Positions 13,626-27,218 of a stretch of 64,000 nucleotides of DNA are shown here, piece after piece. The position numbers were made by a program, and so were the translations under genes. Each line of letters begins with the position of its first letter. Positions within the stretch are counted from its first letter, which is position 1. Source of the stretch: Podarcis melisellensis (taxonomy: Eukaryota); the NCBI GenBank assembly GCA_964234715.1, contig OZ174290.1; one strand, given 5' to 3'. The notes below the pieces were generated by a model that made no database searches, was not told where the DNA came from, and saw nothing but the letters and a program-made list of their open reading frames with translations.

Positions 13626-15100
13626 CTCAGGGTCCTGTTTAGTTAGACTGAAGGACAGTGGAGCCTGTGGTGTTTTTAGGATTTGTGGTTTTATTTTTAC
13701 ATACATGAAACCTGAGCAAAAGATGAAGGGATGCACAGTATTAACACCCTGACAGTTCTTGGTTCTCTGTTAGGTTTCCAGGGGAGCCCCAAAGTCCAAC
13801 CAAGAACAAGGCATGCCTCTGTGTCTCCAGCTTCCAGTCTGCTTCCAGTTCACCGATACACAACTTTGCCTATTGTTCCCCTAAGTAGCAGCTAGGTCTG
13901 GGGGTTGGGGGAAAGGCCAACTCATGTTTCTCTATGACAACAGAACAACTACTTTGTGCTAAATTGTGGTACTTAACCAGTCAGCCAAAGCCATTACCTT
14001 GGCAAAGGAATTGGTTTGGCAAACTTCCTCTTGTACAGTCTACCCTCACAGATACAGGATCACATGTTTGGCGTGGGAACCAGGGTTGCAATCTGAACTG
14101 CTCCCCCCAAAAAACTCATAACAATATCATTTGGCTCCCGTTATGGGTTTGCATACAAGTTATAAGCCTGATTGTGACATCAAGTGAAGGGCAGGTGAGT
14201 GCATTATTGCAAAAATGGCTTCATGGGCCAAATGAGGAGACCTGGCGGGCTTTAATGAGCCCATGGGCTGGAGGCTCCTAACTAGTGTCTTAATGGAGTA
14301 TTAGACCATCAACCCTCATATTGTCTGCCCCAACTGGCAGCTGCTCTCTATGGTCTTGGGTAAAGGCATTTCTTAACCTTGCTCTATTAAATCCTTTTTA
14401 TCTGAAAATATCAATGAGTGAACCTGGGACCTTGTGTTTGCAATGGCTATGCTCTACCACTGAGCTTTATCCCTTCACATCCAGCCCCATATGTGAAAGT
14501 GAGGTCGAGATCTTGAGAACCAAATAAATTGGATGAAAGCAAACTTTGATGAAAATATTCATTTGAAACTGACCTACAAAAGAGGTGGCATGAGCCCCTC
14601 TTATTCTTTTTTCCTTGTTGAGGCCTCGTGCCAACAAAGAAAATTATCATCTGGTAACAAGCATGGCCCGGTTGAGTCTCCTGCTGCAGTTTTAAATGAA
14701 CTTTGTGAGCTGGAGGGAAGTTTTCATCTAACTGTTCTGTTCCCTGTTGTATCATCCACTAGCAGACAGGAAAAGACAGGCCGTAGGTGAGATCTGATGT
14801 CCTATATTATGCACACAACCTCAAAGGTTCCAGCAGGAGGTTCCTCTTGGAAAGCATTTGCTTCCTGCATCCTCCCTTGCTTAGCCCAGAGGGTTAAAAC
14901 ATGAGATTTGACTGCTTGGCACCCGGTAAAAAGCCTGCAGCTTCCTGCTTCTTTGACTTTTGAAGCATCAATGCATTTTTCACAGGGATGTCTGATCATG
15001 AAAGATTTTCCCGAGTTCGTTTTCTCGCTTCTCAGGACGTTTGCTAAAGAAGCAGCAAGCAAATGACAAAAACTGTGGAAATTGCACATATATTATAGAC

Positions 15101-15214
15101 CAGGAGTAGCCAACACGGTGCCCTCCATATGTTTTGCACTACAACTCCCATTGTTCCTGAGCACTGGACGTACTGGCTGGTGGGAGATGGAGGACAACAT
15201 ATTGGCTACTCTTG
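15101..15214. mobile_element. hAT-type MITE with 8-bp TSD
   Basis: TIRs caggagtagccaa / ttggctactcttg; flanks ttatagac (15093-15100) and ttgtagac (15215-15222). Confidence 0.7.
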
Positions 15215-15243
15215 TTGTAGACCACGTTAGCTCTGATATTTCT

Positions 15244-15438
15244 ACTTCCTGACAGTAAGAGCTGTTCGACAGTGGAATTTGCTGCCAAGGAGTGTGGTGG
15301 AGTCTCCTTCTTTGGAGGTCTTTAAGCAGAGGCTTGACAACCATATGTCAGGAGTGCTCTGATGGTGTTTCCTGCTTGGCAGGGGGTTGGACTCGATGGC
15401 CCTTGTGGTCTCTCCCAGCTCTATGATTCTATGATTCT
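15244..15438 (+). mobile_element. Young CR1 LINE 3' end with (ATTCTATG)n tail
   Basis: acttcctgacagtaagagctgttcgacagtggaat...ggagtctccttctttggagg...ctctatgattctatgattct; minus-strand ORF 15242..15448 is its antisense. Confidence 0.9.
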
Positions 15439-18400
15439 TTAAAGGCAAATTTGGAGCATCTTCTCCAAGGAAAAAATCTGAAGAGTTTTCAGGAAAAAGA
15501 AAATGAGGTTCAGTGGACTAGAGAAATGTATTTATTCATACTTTCAACATGCCCCCCTCCACTTCTTAGCTAAAAAATAAAAAGGCTCCCACAGTGGCTT
15601 ATAGTGGTCAGTAATAAGACAGTTCTTGTTTTCAGACTCACAATCTAAAATACATAAGACAAAATGAAGAGCAGGCGCGCCGAGTTAGGCCCAACATTGG
15701 GGGGAGGGGGCCTGTCGTGTGTGCATGACATCACACACATGACAACCCCCCCCCCATTGAGCCATGCCTGCTGGGATGTGCAGCTGTCCCTTTGAGGATT
15801 TCCAGAGCACCTTCTCAGAAGGTGCTCTGGTGATTGTGTCAGGGGGCATGGACTGTGAAAATCGCCCTTTGCACCTCCCACCCACGATTGGCACACTGGT
15901 GCTTGCTGGTGTGGCAGGGTATGACAGCCCCCTCAATATTGGGGGGTCAGCATCCTGTTTCGAAATATTGAGGGGGCTGAAGCACCTTCCACCCCCTATA
16001 ACCTGGTGCCCTGATGGAGAGGGATTGATAGGAAGAAGGAAAAAGCAAGCTCTGGTAATATTTCTTAGTTACAGAACCAGCTGGAATGGAAAGGGTTCAA
16101 GGAAAGGAGGAGCCAAAAGTTGCTGGTTTCTTGGTTAAGGAGATAGAGAGGTCTTGCAGCTCCATTTTTCCTCTGCTATATCTTGAAGAGATGGCTGGTG
16201 TAGGTGACAGCTGAGAGAGTTTGGCACATCCCTAGATTGTTTCTCAGTTGTATTCCCAGAGTGACCCTCAAAGCAAATCTGGAAGTGAAACATCTCAAGT
16301 AAACATGTCAGGAATGTCAAAGAAGGGACTATAGCACATTTGGTGAATGTTTATCTCTGTATTTCCCTAAAAGGACACTGTGACATCCTCAGTTACTAGA
16401 AATATCTTGTTTATTGAGATCACTATGGGAAACAAACCAACCTCAAATACGTCCTTCCTTTGTAACAGAAAGTAGAATCTTCCTACGAGAAATGCCCTTA
16501 CCCGAAATCTTCCATAAATATCTAGGGCAGGTCTTTCTGTTGCAGTTTCAGCAAGCACAGAATAATTAAACAGTAATTCCTCTGACGAGCCACAGGGTGG
16601 CAGTGCAGTGGCAATTGCGCCCACACCCCAGAATAAAGAAATGAGACACTTATTATTGGGTTGTTGAATGCAACAACTTTATTAACTGTTATGTGCATAA
16701 CAGAGATCTGCAAAATATCTTATGACTGTGTTGAGCAACATAATAATGCAGCAGTTACCTATGTAGCAATCCCTGCTTGGGCTTAGGACAAACCATGCCT
16801 GGCCTTTTGTAGGGAAGAGTATTGAGTTTACCACCTCCTCATCTGGCCACACCTTTTTAGGTGCATAAGGCCAGAGTCAGACATCTACCCCACACTACAG
16901 TTCTAGTGCCATGTCACATTAAGGAGAACTCAGATGATGCACAAGTCACCCAACCTGGGAAAGGGGGAGGCCTCCCTTGTAAATGTTTCTGGCCTGAGGG
17001 TGTGGGTCTCCCATGATTCTGAGACTCTGGGGATGAGTCCCCTGTAGATTCTCTTTCTCCAAAGCCATGTTGGTATAGAACCAGTTACAAGCCCTTTAAG
17101 GAAAGAAAACAGCTCTCCTGTCAGGGTGAGTGAGGAGGCAGAGCCACTGGAATAGAAGCTTCTTCTTCATTTAACCCTCATGTGACTTCTGCTCCTTGGC
17201 TGAGACAACATCTTTCAAAGCTCAGCAAATAGGGCCCACTGGGAGCTGTCCAGACTTCTGATTTGGCATACCCTAGCAGAACTGGAAAAGGCCCTGGGAA
17301 TTGTTATAACTTCTCCAGCAATCCCTACCACAGTACAAGATGTGTGTGCCTGGTTAACTGTTTCCAAAGCCATAAGAGTCCAGTCTTGAGAAGTGCCTTT
17401 CATCCCTTTCAGTGCTCAGATATATTCTTCCTTGCATTTGTTGCTCAAAGTCTAACCACAATTGCTATTGCATGGGATAGCCTCTAGGAAGGTAAGGTCC
17501 CTAGTTATTCCCTCATTGACCCAGTCTCCTGGCCGCCACTCTGCAAGCCAACATCTCGTGAAATGAACATAGCTCAAAGCACCATCTATGTGAGGGAACA
17601 GCAGGGAGCTTTGCTTATGAGCTGGTGGGAAGAATATGAGATGGTGAGAGGGTTTTGTTTTGTTTTGTTTTTTGACAGGTAGACATGGCAAAATTGCAGA
17701 TTATACAGCTTGACCTTTAAAACCTTTTGAAGGTATGTGGGAAGCTTTTGTAGCTTGTCAATTTCAACTGGCCTTAGAGGCAACTCAAAATGCAATGTTT
17801 TATACAGGGAACAGGCTGCTCAAGCCTGCCACATAACACATCTCCATTAATCAGGGCAATGCAAGCTTTCTGAGCATACAAAGAAAATAGCAAAGAGAGC
17901 TCATTTGGTTGTCTTTGGCACACTTCTTTGCCCAAGGTTAAAGTGGTCAGAAAGAGGGGTTAGGGTCACCTGGAATCACATGCTAGTTATGTAAGAACTT
18001 AAGAAGAGCCTTGCTTCCAACATCTGGCAGCCCTGCGTGAATTGCTCTGTCCAGGACTATTCATAGTCAACAGCTTCCTTCCCCACCCTGTTGCTGCTGG
18101 GTTTAATTCCTTCTCAACTGATCCCAGCCAAACAGGGACCACATACTGGATTTGGCTACATCACATTGGTAGGTAGCCAATCAGATTTAGCTTGAATTGG
18201 TATCATCAAAGGCAAATAAAGCCCACTTGGGGTAAGGCAATGCTTCCTATAATAGCCACACAGGCGGTCGTAGCCAATCAGGGATCACTTAATGATCAAA
18301 CTTTTTTCAAACCAGAGTTCAGAGTGACTCAAAACAGAACACTAAAAGGGTGATGCCTTTCAGTTCTGATGAGCCCTTTTACAAAACCTCTCTTTCCCCA

Positions 18401-19427
18401 TTTTGGCTCAGTAACTCATTGACAAGGGGTGGCACTTTGTATTTGACTGTTTGTGGTAGCTGGTGAGATTCCATATTGGATAACTGCCCAAATAAAAGGA
18501 ATCAAATATATTCCAGCAAATCTAAAGGACTTCGCTTTGAATTGTGAAATAAAATTTATCACTCAAATTGGGCACTTTGTAGTAGACCTCTGAATCCAGC
18601 AGTTGACTACATTTCGACCACTTGCAAGCATTTATTTCAGTCCTCCCAAAAATTGGAGTGACAGTTGTCAGCCTCCCAGTCTCATAGAAGAATTTGTGGC
18701 CTCCTTTTTGCTTCCCCATCACTTCCAGATACCATGTTACTGCAGAGGTTGTGTCCCCCCCCACCCCGTCCTGCTTTTTAAAGAAAGTTTATTCCTACCT
18801 TTCTGTTACCGCTGCACAGTTTTTGCTGCTGTTTGTTTGCTTTGCGCAATGTAGCTATTCGTTAGTAGAAAGTGACAATTTGTCCAGTTTTCCTTCAGGC
18901 TCCTGCTGATAGCTGCACAACGTCGAACACCATGGACAGCAAAGCTACTGAGAAAGCAAGGACCTCCAATGATATGGTGGCTCTTGCAAACCTATATTTC
19001 TGTTTTGAGTCTGACACTTCAAAAATATTAATACAGCACATGGGGGAGGGGCAAATATATATTCAGCAACCTAGTAATTAGGTTTGTTTCTTTTCTTTTC
19101 GGAAATAATACCCCAGTTCATATTGACAGGTGGGGTTTTTTGTATGTTTTCCTTACAGCTAACAGATGCTGAGAGAAAGGAACAAGCAAACAACAAAAAA
19201 GCACATCAAACTGAAGCACGACAATCTGCTCACCAGCTCCCAGATTACAAGATGCAAATGATCTGTGTCTTCCCCTAAAATAGGTGATTGATACCCCTTG
19301 CCACCTCTCAAAACTGCAAGCTAGGATTCCTGGAAATACAAAAAGCACTGAGTCTGGATTAACTTCATCCAGCCCCAGTTCCAATTCCTCCTCCATTATT
19401 TCCTCCAGGGCGTTGGAGCAGAACCCA

Positions 19428-19905
19428 AGATGATGATGATGATGATGATGATGATCATGATAGACCTGCCCTTCACCCCAATGTCCCAAGATGGATTTCA
19501 ACAATCAAAGCACAATATTTTAAACAGATTAAAATTACAGAAATAAGGTGGGTCTTAAAAATATAGACCTTGAGTATCAAAAGCCAGGGTAAAGAGGTAT
19601 GTCTTCAGCACCTCTGTGATGAAGGAGTTCCACAATTTAGGGGCCACCACAGAGATGGCCCACTCCAGGTCCATCACCCCTCAAGTCACTGGGGGCAGTG
19701 GGACAACTAAAAGGGCCCCCTCCATTGATCTTAGCACCAGAGATGGTCTGTAGGGAAGGTGGTAGTCTTTCAGGTTTTTGAGACCTGCCTCTTTTAAACA
19801 CTAAATTGAGCACCTTGAATTGAGTCTCAAAATGAACTGGCAACTGGGGCAGCTGTTTTAAAACAGGGGTTATATGAGATGTGAAGGGAACCCTAGCAAT
19901 CTGGC
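19428..19905 (-). mobile_element. L2 LINE 3' fragment with (ATC)n tail
   Basis: Minus ORF 19637..19843 starts (L)PVHFETQFKVLNLVFK, matching the L2 motif LHWLPVxxRIQFKVLxLxFK; (GAT)n microsatellite at 19428-19460 marks the 3' end. Confidence 0.75.
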
Positions 19906-22371
19906 TTGTGAATTTGGGGTTTCTGGGGGTTTTCCTGGTGTTATTCTGTCTCTCACAGCTACAATAAACCTACCATTAAAATTATGGACTGATCATTTCT
20001 TCATCAGGGGGCAAACAGGCAAATTTAGCAGGGGATCAAATACTTTTTCCCCTCACTGCATTTTTATCTATTATGATAATATTGCAAGTATTTTTAGAAT
20101 CCTGCTGATGTATTTACTTGTATACAATGCTTTGTCATAAATGCAATAAAAGTTTCCCATTCATTGTTAAATGTGTTACCATCCTGATTTCTAAGTCTAC
20201 CAGTTAGTTTGGCCATCTCTGCATATTCCATTAACTTAATTCGCCAATCTTTTTTTTTTTTTTTTTTGGTGGGAATTTTTTTCTATTTCCAGCTCTGGGC
20301 TATCAATATTCATGCGGCCGTAGTCGCAAACATGAGAAGATTTTTATTTTATTTTTTAATTTCTCTTCCTAAAATTCCTAATAGGAAGGCTTCTGGTTTT
20401 TGAACAAAGGTTATTTTAAACATTTTCTTCATTTTATTGCCTTAATCTGTATATAATATGATATATAATATGAGTATAGTGCAATATAATAATAAGCCGG
20501 GCAGAGGCTCCATAGTCTCGATATCCATATTTTCGTCTCTTCTGCATCTGAAGCTGGTCTGAAACCTGAGAAAGTTTAGTGTACAATCAATGACCTGACT
20601 AGTTTAGGTTTGAGATTTAGACCCTGGAGTTCCTCAGTCAAGCATACTTTTTAGGATCCAGAGAGAGAGAAAGAGAGATGGAGCAAGAAACAATTTGATT
20701 TCAATTCTAGCTGTTTCATGATGAAAGCAAGAATCCCACTTGAGAAAAGCAGAGTACAGTCAAAAGTTCTTTGAATTATCGTCTCATCACTCCTCCATTA
20801 TTGAGGCTCAAATCATGTTTCCACCGTTAATTTCCAATTATGTCAGCATGCAATTGATGAGGCACTTTCAGCAAATGATTTCCATTAACGAGCTTCTACC
20901 TGAGAGAACACTCAAGGCTGTATAGGGCTGGAAATGGCATGGTCCACTATGGTAGAGGATGCTGACCAACAGACAAGTTGGCTCGGTGGATAAAGTGCTG
21001 GGGGTTTAGACCTAGGAAATTTAGATCCATATCCTTGCTTGGTTCTGGAGAGGCTGGATGGTCATGAGCATTTTTATTGTAACTTGTCCTTCGTTCTCTA
21101 GGTGACCTAAAGTCGTTTTAAAAGTGAGGGGGTTTTTATTTTTAATAAAGCAGATCCTTCCCCCTGACACAGGGGGAAAAATTCAGTCTTAGCAAAATAC
21201 ATAGAGGTTTTAGCCCTCTTGGCTTTTGGATGGATGTTCCATTTTGTTCTTAATGTGTATATGTAGGAATGAAAGCCAGCAAACACCCTATTCCCCCAAA
21301 CACGTGACTCTTCTCTTTCATTTTGGTGCTACGCTGCAAATTAAATAATGCAGTTTTCAGACTTTGCTAAGGGAGAAATGGTGTATAAATTCTTGAAACT
21401 GCATTCTGAACCAGCCGAGGGATCATTACAAGGCATTAGCCCATCAGTTAGAGACACACTTGCAAAAAGTAAACCAACCAAACAAAGAAAAACAGTCCCC
21501 ATGAAAAAGATATTCATTGCAAGTGCATCTGTTGTTTCTTGCAAATGACTAATTGTCACCAAATAATAACTTTTAGTTTCTGGCATGGCTAAGACCATTT
21601 GTTCTAATTATGAGCTGTGAATGAGACTTGGGAGGGAGGGGCATATTGCATTTCGTAGAAAAGCAGACGTTTTTAGCTGAACAGGCTATAAATGTCAGAT
21701 CACAAATATGAATGATAGTACTATGATGTCTCTCCCTATTGTTAAATAATGTCGGAAGCCACAGCTGATTATGAGGTTCTGTTAAATGACGAGGTGTTCA
21801 GAAGCTATGCTATGCATCCTTCGGGTGAACTGGGACCATGCTGGAGAGGACAACACCCTTGTTTTCCAAATAGGGGAGGCTATTCCATTAGAGCAAATGG
21901 GCCCTGCCCAACCAAGTGCCAAACCCCACCTGCTTCCTGTCTTACTTACAGCCAGTTAGGGGGTATCTCTGCCTCCCTTTGGCTCTGGCTCACTTCCTGT
22001 TGGCCTCCCAGCTTTTTGCCACACCAGTTCCAAAGGCACAAGCCACCACTGGAAATTTCATATGCTACCAATAACTCCAGCATTTGTTCATCCTAATTCT
22101 CCCATGCGTATTTCCATGCCTAGTTTCTCAGGGATGACCAACAATAGTGACCCGCAGATTTGGACTCCAATTCCTGTCAGCTCCAGTTCCTGATATCCTG
22201 AAAATTATTCTGCATTTTTGAGCACCCTCTTTCAATTAATTAGAAAAGGTACCATAGCCAAAAACTACCAAAAGGGGGTGAATTTTTTTAGTGAAATCTT
22301 CATGGGTGGGATGCAGGCCTTTCCTCCCTCCCTGGGTGTTCCTGGGTGTCATTTCTTTCATCTTGAGAATA

Positions 22372-22613
22372 CAGTGGTATCTTGGGTTAAGAACTTAATT
22401 TGTTCGGGAGGTCTGTTCTTAACCTGAAACTGTTCTTAACCCGAAGCACCACTTTAGCTAATGGGGCCTCCTGCTGCCACCATGCCGCCGCTGCACAATT
22501 TCTGTTCTCATCCTGAAGCAAAGTTCTTAACCCGAGGTACTATTTCTGGGTTATCAGAGTCTGTAACCTGAAGTGTATGCAACCTGAAGCATATGTAAGC
22601 CAAGGTACCACTG
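22372..22613. mobile_element. Tc1/mariner-pogo (Tigger-like) MITE
   Basis: TA|cagtggtatcttggg ... ccaaggtaccactg|TA, i.e. TIRs plus TA duplication; internal repeated aacctgaa/aacccga motifs. Confidence 0.9.
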
Positions 22614-22664
22614 TAATCTCAACAGTGGGCTGCACTCTGCAGTCTTCCTAGCTTCCAATCCTTC

Positions 22665-22925
22665 ATAAGAACATAACATAAGGAGAGCCTGGCTGGATAA
22701 GGCCAATGTCCCATCTCGTCCAACATCCTGTTCTCACAGAGACCAGTCAGATGCCTATGGTAAACCTGCAAGTAGGACCCAAGCACAGGAGCACTCCCCC
22801 CTTCTGGGGTTTCCAGGACCTCACATTCAGAAGCATCACTGCCTCTGACAGTGGAGGCAGAGCAGATTCAGAGCAGAGACAGAGTAGTCATTGGTAGCCT
22901 TATCCGCAATGAATCTGTTCAATTT
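22665..22925 (-). mobile_element. CR1 3' tail fragment (older family, (TTCTTATG)n end)
   Basis: cataagaacataacataag...gtccaacatcctgttctcac...cagatgcct; antisense of the tails at 2282-2366 and 23100-23360. Confidence 0.7.
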
Positions 22926-23099
22926 GCACAACCATTAAAGGTGTTGGAGACCTGTTCTCCTCTGCATCTGGCCACTCTAATCACATTTGGTCTGGAACTT
23001 ACCTCATACAGAGTCAGACCATCAAGCTCAGTATTGTATACACCAAAACACAACAGATCTCCAAGGAGACCTCCTCGCTCCCACAGGAGGTTTTGATCG

Positions 23100-23362
23100 C
23101 TGCCAGCTTGGATGGCTTTAAAAGAACATTAGACAAATTCACAGAGAATAAGGATATCATTGGCTCCTAGTCATGGCAGCTATGCTCTGCCTCCATAGTT
23201 GCTTTTGAATACCAGTTGTTGGAAACCACAGGAAGAGGGAATGCTCTTGTGCTCAGGTCTTGCTTGCGGGTTTCCCACAGATACCTGGCTGGCCACTATA
23301 CGAACAGGATGCTGGACTAGGTGGGCCATTGGCCTGATGCAGCAGAGCTCTTCTTATGTTAG
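23100..23362 (+). mobile_element. CR1 3' tail fragment (older family)
   Basis: cttggatggctttaaaagaacattagacaaattca...acaggatgctggactag...ggcctgatgcagcagagctcttcttatgtt. Confidence 0.75.
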
Positions 23363-23944
23363 TTACTATGTTACTACCTGGAGAGAGCTAGGACTTTCTG
23401 CATGCAATGCAGGTGCCCAGCCACAGTGGTATGTGGGGCAGGCAATGCTATTTAAGCAGGATAAAAGGAGTGGCATCAGTATTGGCAGTGGAGCTTGAAC
23501 AATGGCACTCACTATTGTTTTCTATTAGGAACAACCCAGATACAAGAAGCTGGTTGCAAGAACCAGCACAAAGTGTGGCTTTCATTACAGCTGTTTATAG
23601 GCTGTGAACATTTTTTGTTACAAGTGCCTTACATGCTTCCATTTCATTATCCATATGACATCCCCTCCCTCTCTCCCTTGTTTTTCCCCCTCCAGGCTGC
23701 CACATGGAACCCAATTAAATCATATTCTAATCCATAATGTATTAAGATAATAATAGGAACTGAAGTCAGCAGTGGCAGAGCTAGAGAAGGTGCCTGTAAT
23801 GCTCATTTGATTAGGCCCTTCAGGGTGTGATGTTTGCTGAACATGAGGAATGGGATGAATGTTGCATTATTAACATGGTGACCAGATGCAAGAGAGAAGA
23901 GGATTTCAAGGGTTGTGTCAAAGCGAGGATTTCACCCATAATTC

Positions 23945-24245
23945 ATCCACAAGTTGTGTGGATGTCCATCAAAATAGGCAGCATTGAAAGGGGGTTAGAT
24001 AAATTCATGGGGGACAAAGCTGACAGTGGCTGCTAATTATGGCTGTCCATTAAGAGTAGTCCGCGATTGGACCTAATGGTCAGGGGTCCCTTTACCTTTA
24101 CTAGTACCTCTTACTGGAGGAGAACAGCATCAGAACGTTATTATGGACTTCCTGGTGGCATCTGATTTGCAACCTTGGGAAACAGGATGCTGGACTAGAC
24201 AGCCCTCTGGTTCGATCCAGGAGAGTAGTCTTTCTGTTCTAATGA
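23945..24245 (+). mobile_element. CR1 3' tail fragment containing a Sauria SINE 3' remnant (24054-24101)
   Basis: ggggttagataaattcatggggga...aacaggatgctggactagac; the insert gattggacctaatggtcaggggtccctttacctttac is the Sauria SINE terminus. Confidence 0.7.
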
Positions 24246-26875
24246 CTAGAAGTTCACTACGGCCACACTATTTGCTTCAGACCTAAATTTCTTGCTTTGG
24301 AAATCAGTCTGCTTCAGTAAGAGGTGCTGTATAGCCCTCCTGATTCAACTCAGAGTTTGCCGGAGATTGCTTTGTCTCCCCTCACCCTGCCCCCCATTCC
24401 ACCAATCACTATCCACCCATTTGACAGAAGTGGATAAAATTTGTAGGCCACTTCATTCATTCTGAAGGTTTCTGTTAAATCCCAGCAGGATAGCTGCACA
24501 TTATAGTTTTAGGGTATTTCTTCATCTCCCCTAGCATGTTGTAGACAACTGGTCCGAAATTTGCATGTATGAGAGTGGTGTCCCTGGGTACAGAAAACAG
24601 GCCCAGAGGCTTTTGTCCTAGGCACATTTAAATTTGGTTTTAAAGTAAGAAGGGATGTTCCGAGTGAAATAGAGAGAGCTTCCAAACATCCAGTTTATTG
24701 AGCATCCTGATTTGTTCGTGGAGAGATTAGATGATGCTGGCTTTTTATTGGACTAGAAGATGTTGTGTTAAGCTAAAGTTATCCCACACTTTCCAGTGGA
24801 TCTTCCTGTCAATTTCTATTTCACAAAACATTGATTTTTTGGAGGGGGTGGCAAGTTTGTTGCACAAGAGCTCCAGATCACTTCCCAGCAACAACAACAC
24901 CTGATGCTAGTTAACAACAACCTTAACCCAAAGGGGTCAGAATCCCACTTTCCCTTCTGGACCTGTCTACCACTGGCATGCAGCTTCCAGAAGACTGCTT
25001 GTGAACACATACATTTCTTTGGGTTCCCCATCCCTGCTTTGAAGCTTCTGCCTTAAAAACAACAAAGCAAAGGTTCTCTTCTTATTATTAGCAAACTCCA
25101 AGATAGGATGTTTTCACTGCAGAGGCCTGGCTGCAAATGTACCTACAACCTAGAATGGGGGGGGAAAAAACCTTTAGCACATCCTCCTGTTGTTTAGCTC
25201 CCTGATGGCTTAATTACCATACATAACAAATGTGACAGATTGCAGGTTGACGGCTTTTTTAATGATGTTTCCCCTGTTATCAGGTATATGTTCATTCTGC
25301 ATCTTTCCCCTTCTTTAAACAGAATTAGATTTGATACCTTTTCTCCCCCCCCCCATCCCACCCAGCTGAACAAAAGCAAAGCAGAATGTCTTTTTGGCAT
25401 ATATGTGTGCAACCCAGGCCCAGGGGGCAAACCTGTTTAGCATTTCCTCGATCACATTTCAGGTCCTTTAACCTGCACTAATCTCTCTAGACAGAGAGCC
25501 AGGGGGATGGAAGGGAAGCTAACACCCTAAGCCACCTTGTCGATGCCAAAATAATTAAACTGGTCCCCCAGGCCCTGTTATATTTCTCCATGTGCTCTTC
25601 TGCAAAGATGTTCGGGTGGCATTTGAATGGATTTATTTTGTTTTAATGGATTGGAAATGCTGTGCAAGCCAACACTGCTGCAGACTTCTGACTCTCTTGC
25701 TCGCTCTCTTCCCCTGCCCCACCTGCACTTTCTAGACTATACAGACAGATCTGGAAATAGCTCTCAATAAATTCATGCAAATATTCCTGCGTTTCCAACG
25801 TAACTAGAAATATTCCCTTGCCAGACACTGCATTGCAATCCCACTGGTGCTATAATGCTTAGAGCAGTGTAGGAAAAAGATGATTTGGTACACAAAGGAG
25901 CATGGAGCTATGGGCCTAGATAGGTCCTAAATTATATCCCCTGCTCAGTTCATGATCCCACTCAATTTTACCCCCCTCCCATTTTCTTTTCTTTTCAGAT
26001 AAACTCATTTACATGTGCAGGGCTAGACTCTGTCCCATCCCAGCAACACTTTTGACCCCTGTGCACATGTTCCCAGAGGGTTGCATAGCAGGAGATCTTA
26101 AGCAGTTCCTTATGACACATTTGGTACTGTAGCACCAATACCAGTTTAGAAAACATAAGTGTAACATGTCAGCTATGGTTGGTGTCATTTGCACACAGGG
26201 TATGCAGAGGAAAGGCTAAACAGAACAGCTTTGATAATACTATTGTGTGCACCCCAGTCTCTGAGCAGCAAGAGACTCCAGGAATTCTACTGCTTTCCTA
26301 CCATTCGGTTTCCTTGGAATGAAGGCCAATGGATACTGTGATTTCTTTAGGATATATGGTTTTAGCTACACATATATACAACCTAAGCATAGGAGGAAGG
26401 GCTCGTAGCATTAACGGATATTGATTCCCCCACTGACCACAAGGTCATAGCTGTGGATTCAGCAAAGTCAAGAGAGTCAAGCTCCACCTTCCAGCTTCCA
26501 GCTTCCAGCATGAGTTTGGGCTGAACTCACACACACATGTTTTCCATCCTAGGATGATGTGGCGTCCAGTCAGGCAAGTTGGAAAAAGGCCATTTGTCTC
26601 TGTGGCCACAGGGCAACCTTTTTGGATAAGTGATTGGCTGTATTTAACTAGCTTGCTAAGGCTATTGTCTTATCAAAGGAACTGGTCTGTATGGTTCAGC
26701 AGGTCTTGCCTTACAGTTTCTAACCTTACAGATACATGATCATATGTATAGAAGGGATCCATGGATATCATTCACACTGACTCTTCAACCTTCAGAGCCA
26801 CAAGGCTACCTCCAATATTTTAGTGCACTGCACCATCCTCTTGAGCAGATACTGTTCTTAGAAGGATCATGTTGT

Positions 26876-27218
26876 CAGGAATGGAAAACATCAGCCCCAA
26901 GGGCCAGACATGGCCCTTCAGTCCTAGCCAACTGCCCCTTGGGACTTTCCTCTGGCCACACCCCCTGTCCAAGCTGCACCCCTCCTCTGACCTGCTTTTC
27001 ACCCTCCTTGACTGTTTGCATCCAACCAGAATGTATCATTGAACTCTGGTAATGCCTTTGGTTCAAGTGGATGTAGGACAGAGCAGTGTGTGTAGAAACT
27101 AGAAAGCTATAGTTTACATTTAGCCTCTGCTCCCACCCACCACTGGCATGCGGTGCCTTTGAAAGATTGCTCAGGAGGGAATGTGGCTTTCAGGATGAAA
27201 TATATTACCTACCCCTGC
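26876..27218. mobile_element. hAT-type non-autonomous element (diverged); related pieces at ~44790-44998 and ~52446-52700
   Basis: caggaatggaaaac...agggccagacatggccc start and ...ttacctacccctg end; shared ggccacacc and gtgtgtagaaactag segments between copies. Confidence 0.5.

Noticed and set aside
18170-18395. Two AGCCAATCAG boxes and a CTGATGAG motif (possible promoter or decayed hammerhead)
   Set aside because: No GAAA or convincing stem II follows CTGATGAG, and there is no CpG island or other promoter evidence.
19118-19504. ORF with poly-His tract
   Set aside because: The His run is the (GAT)n tail of an L2 element.
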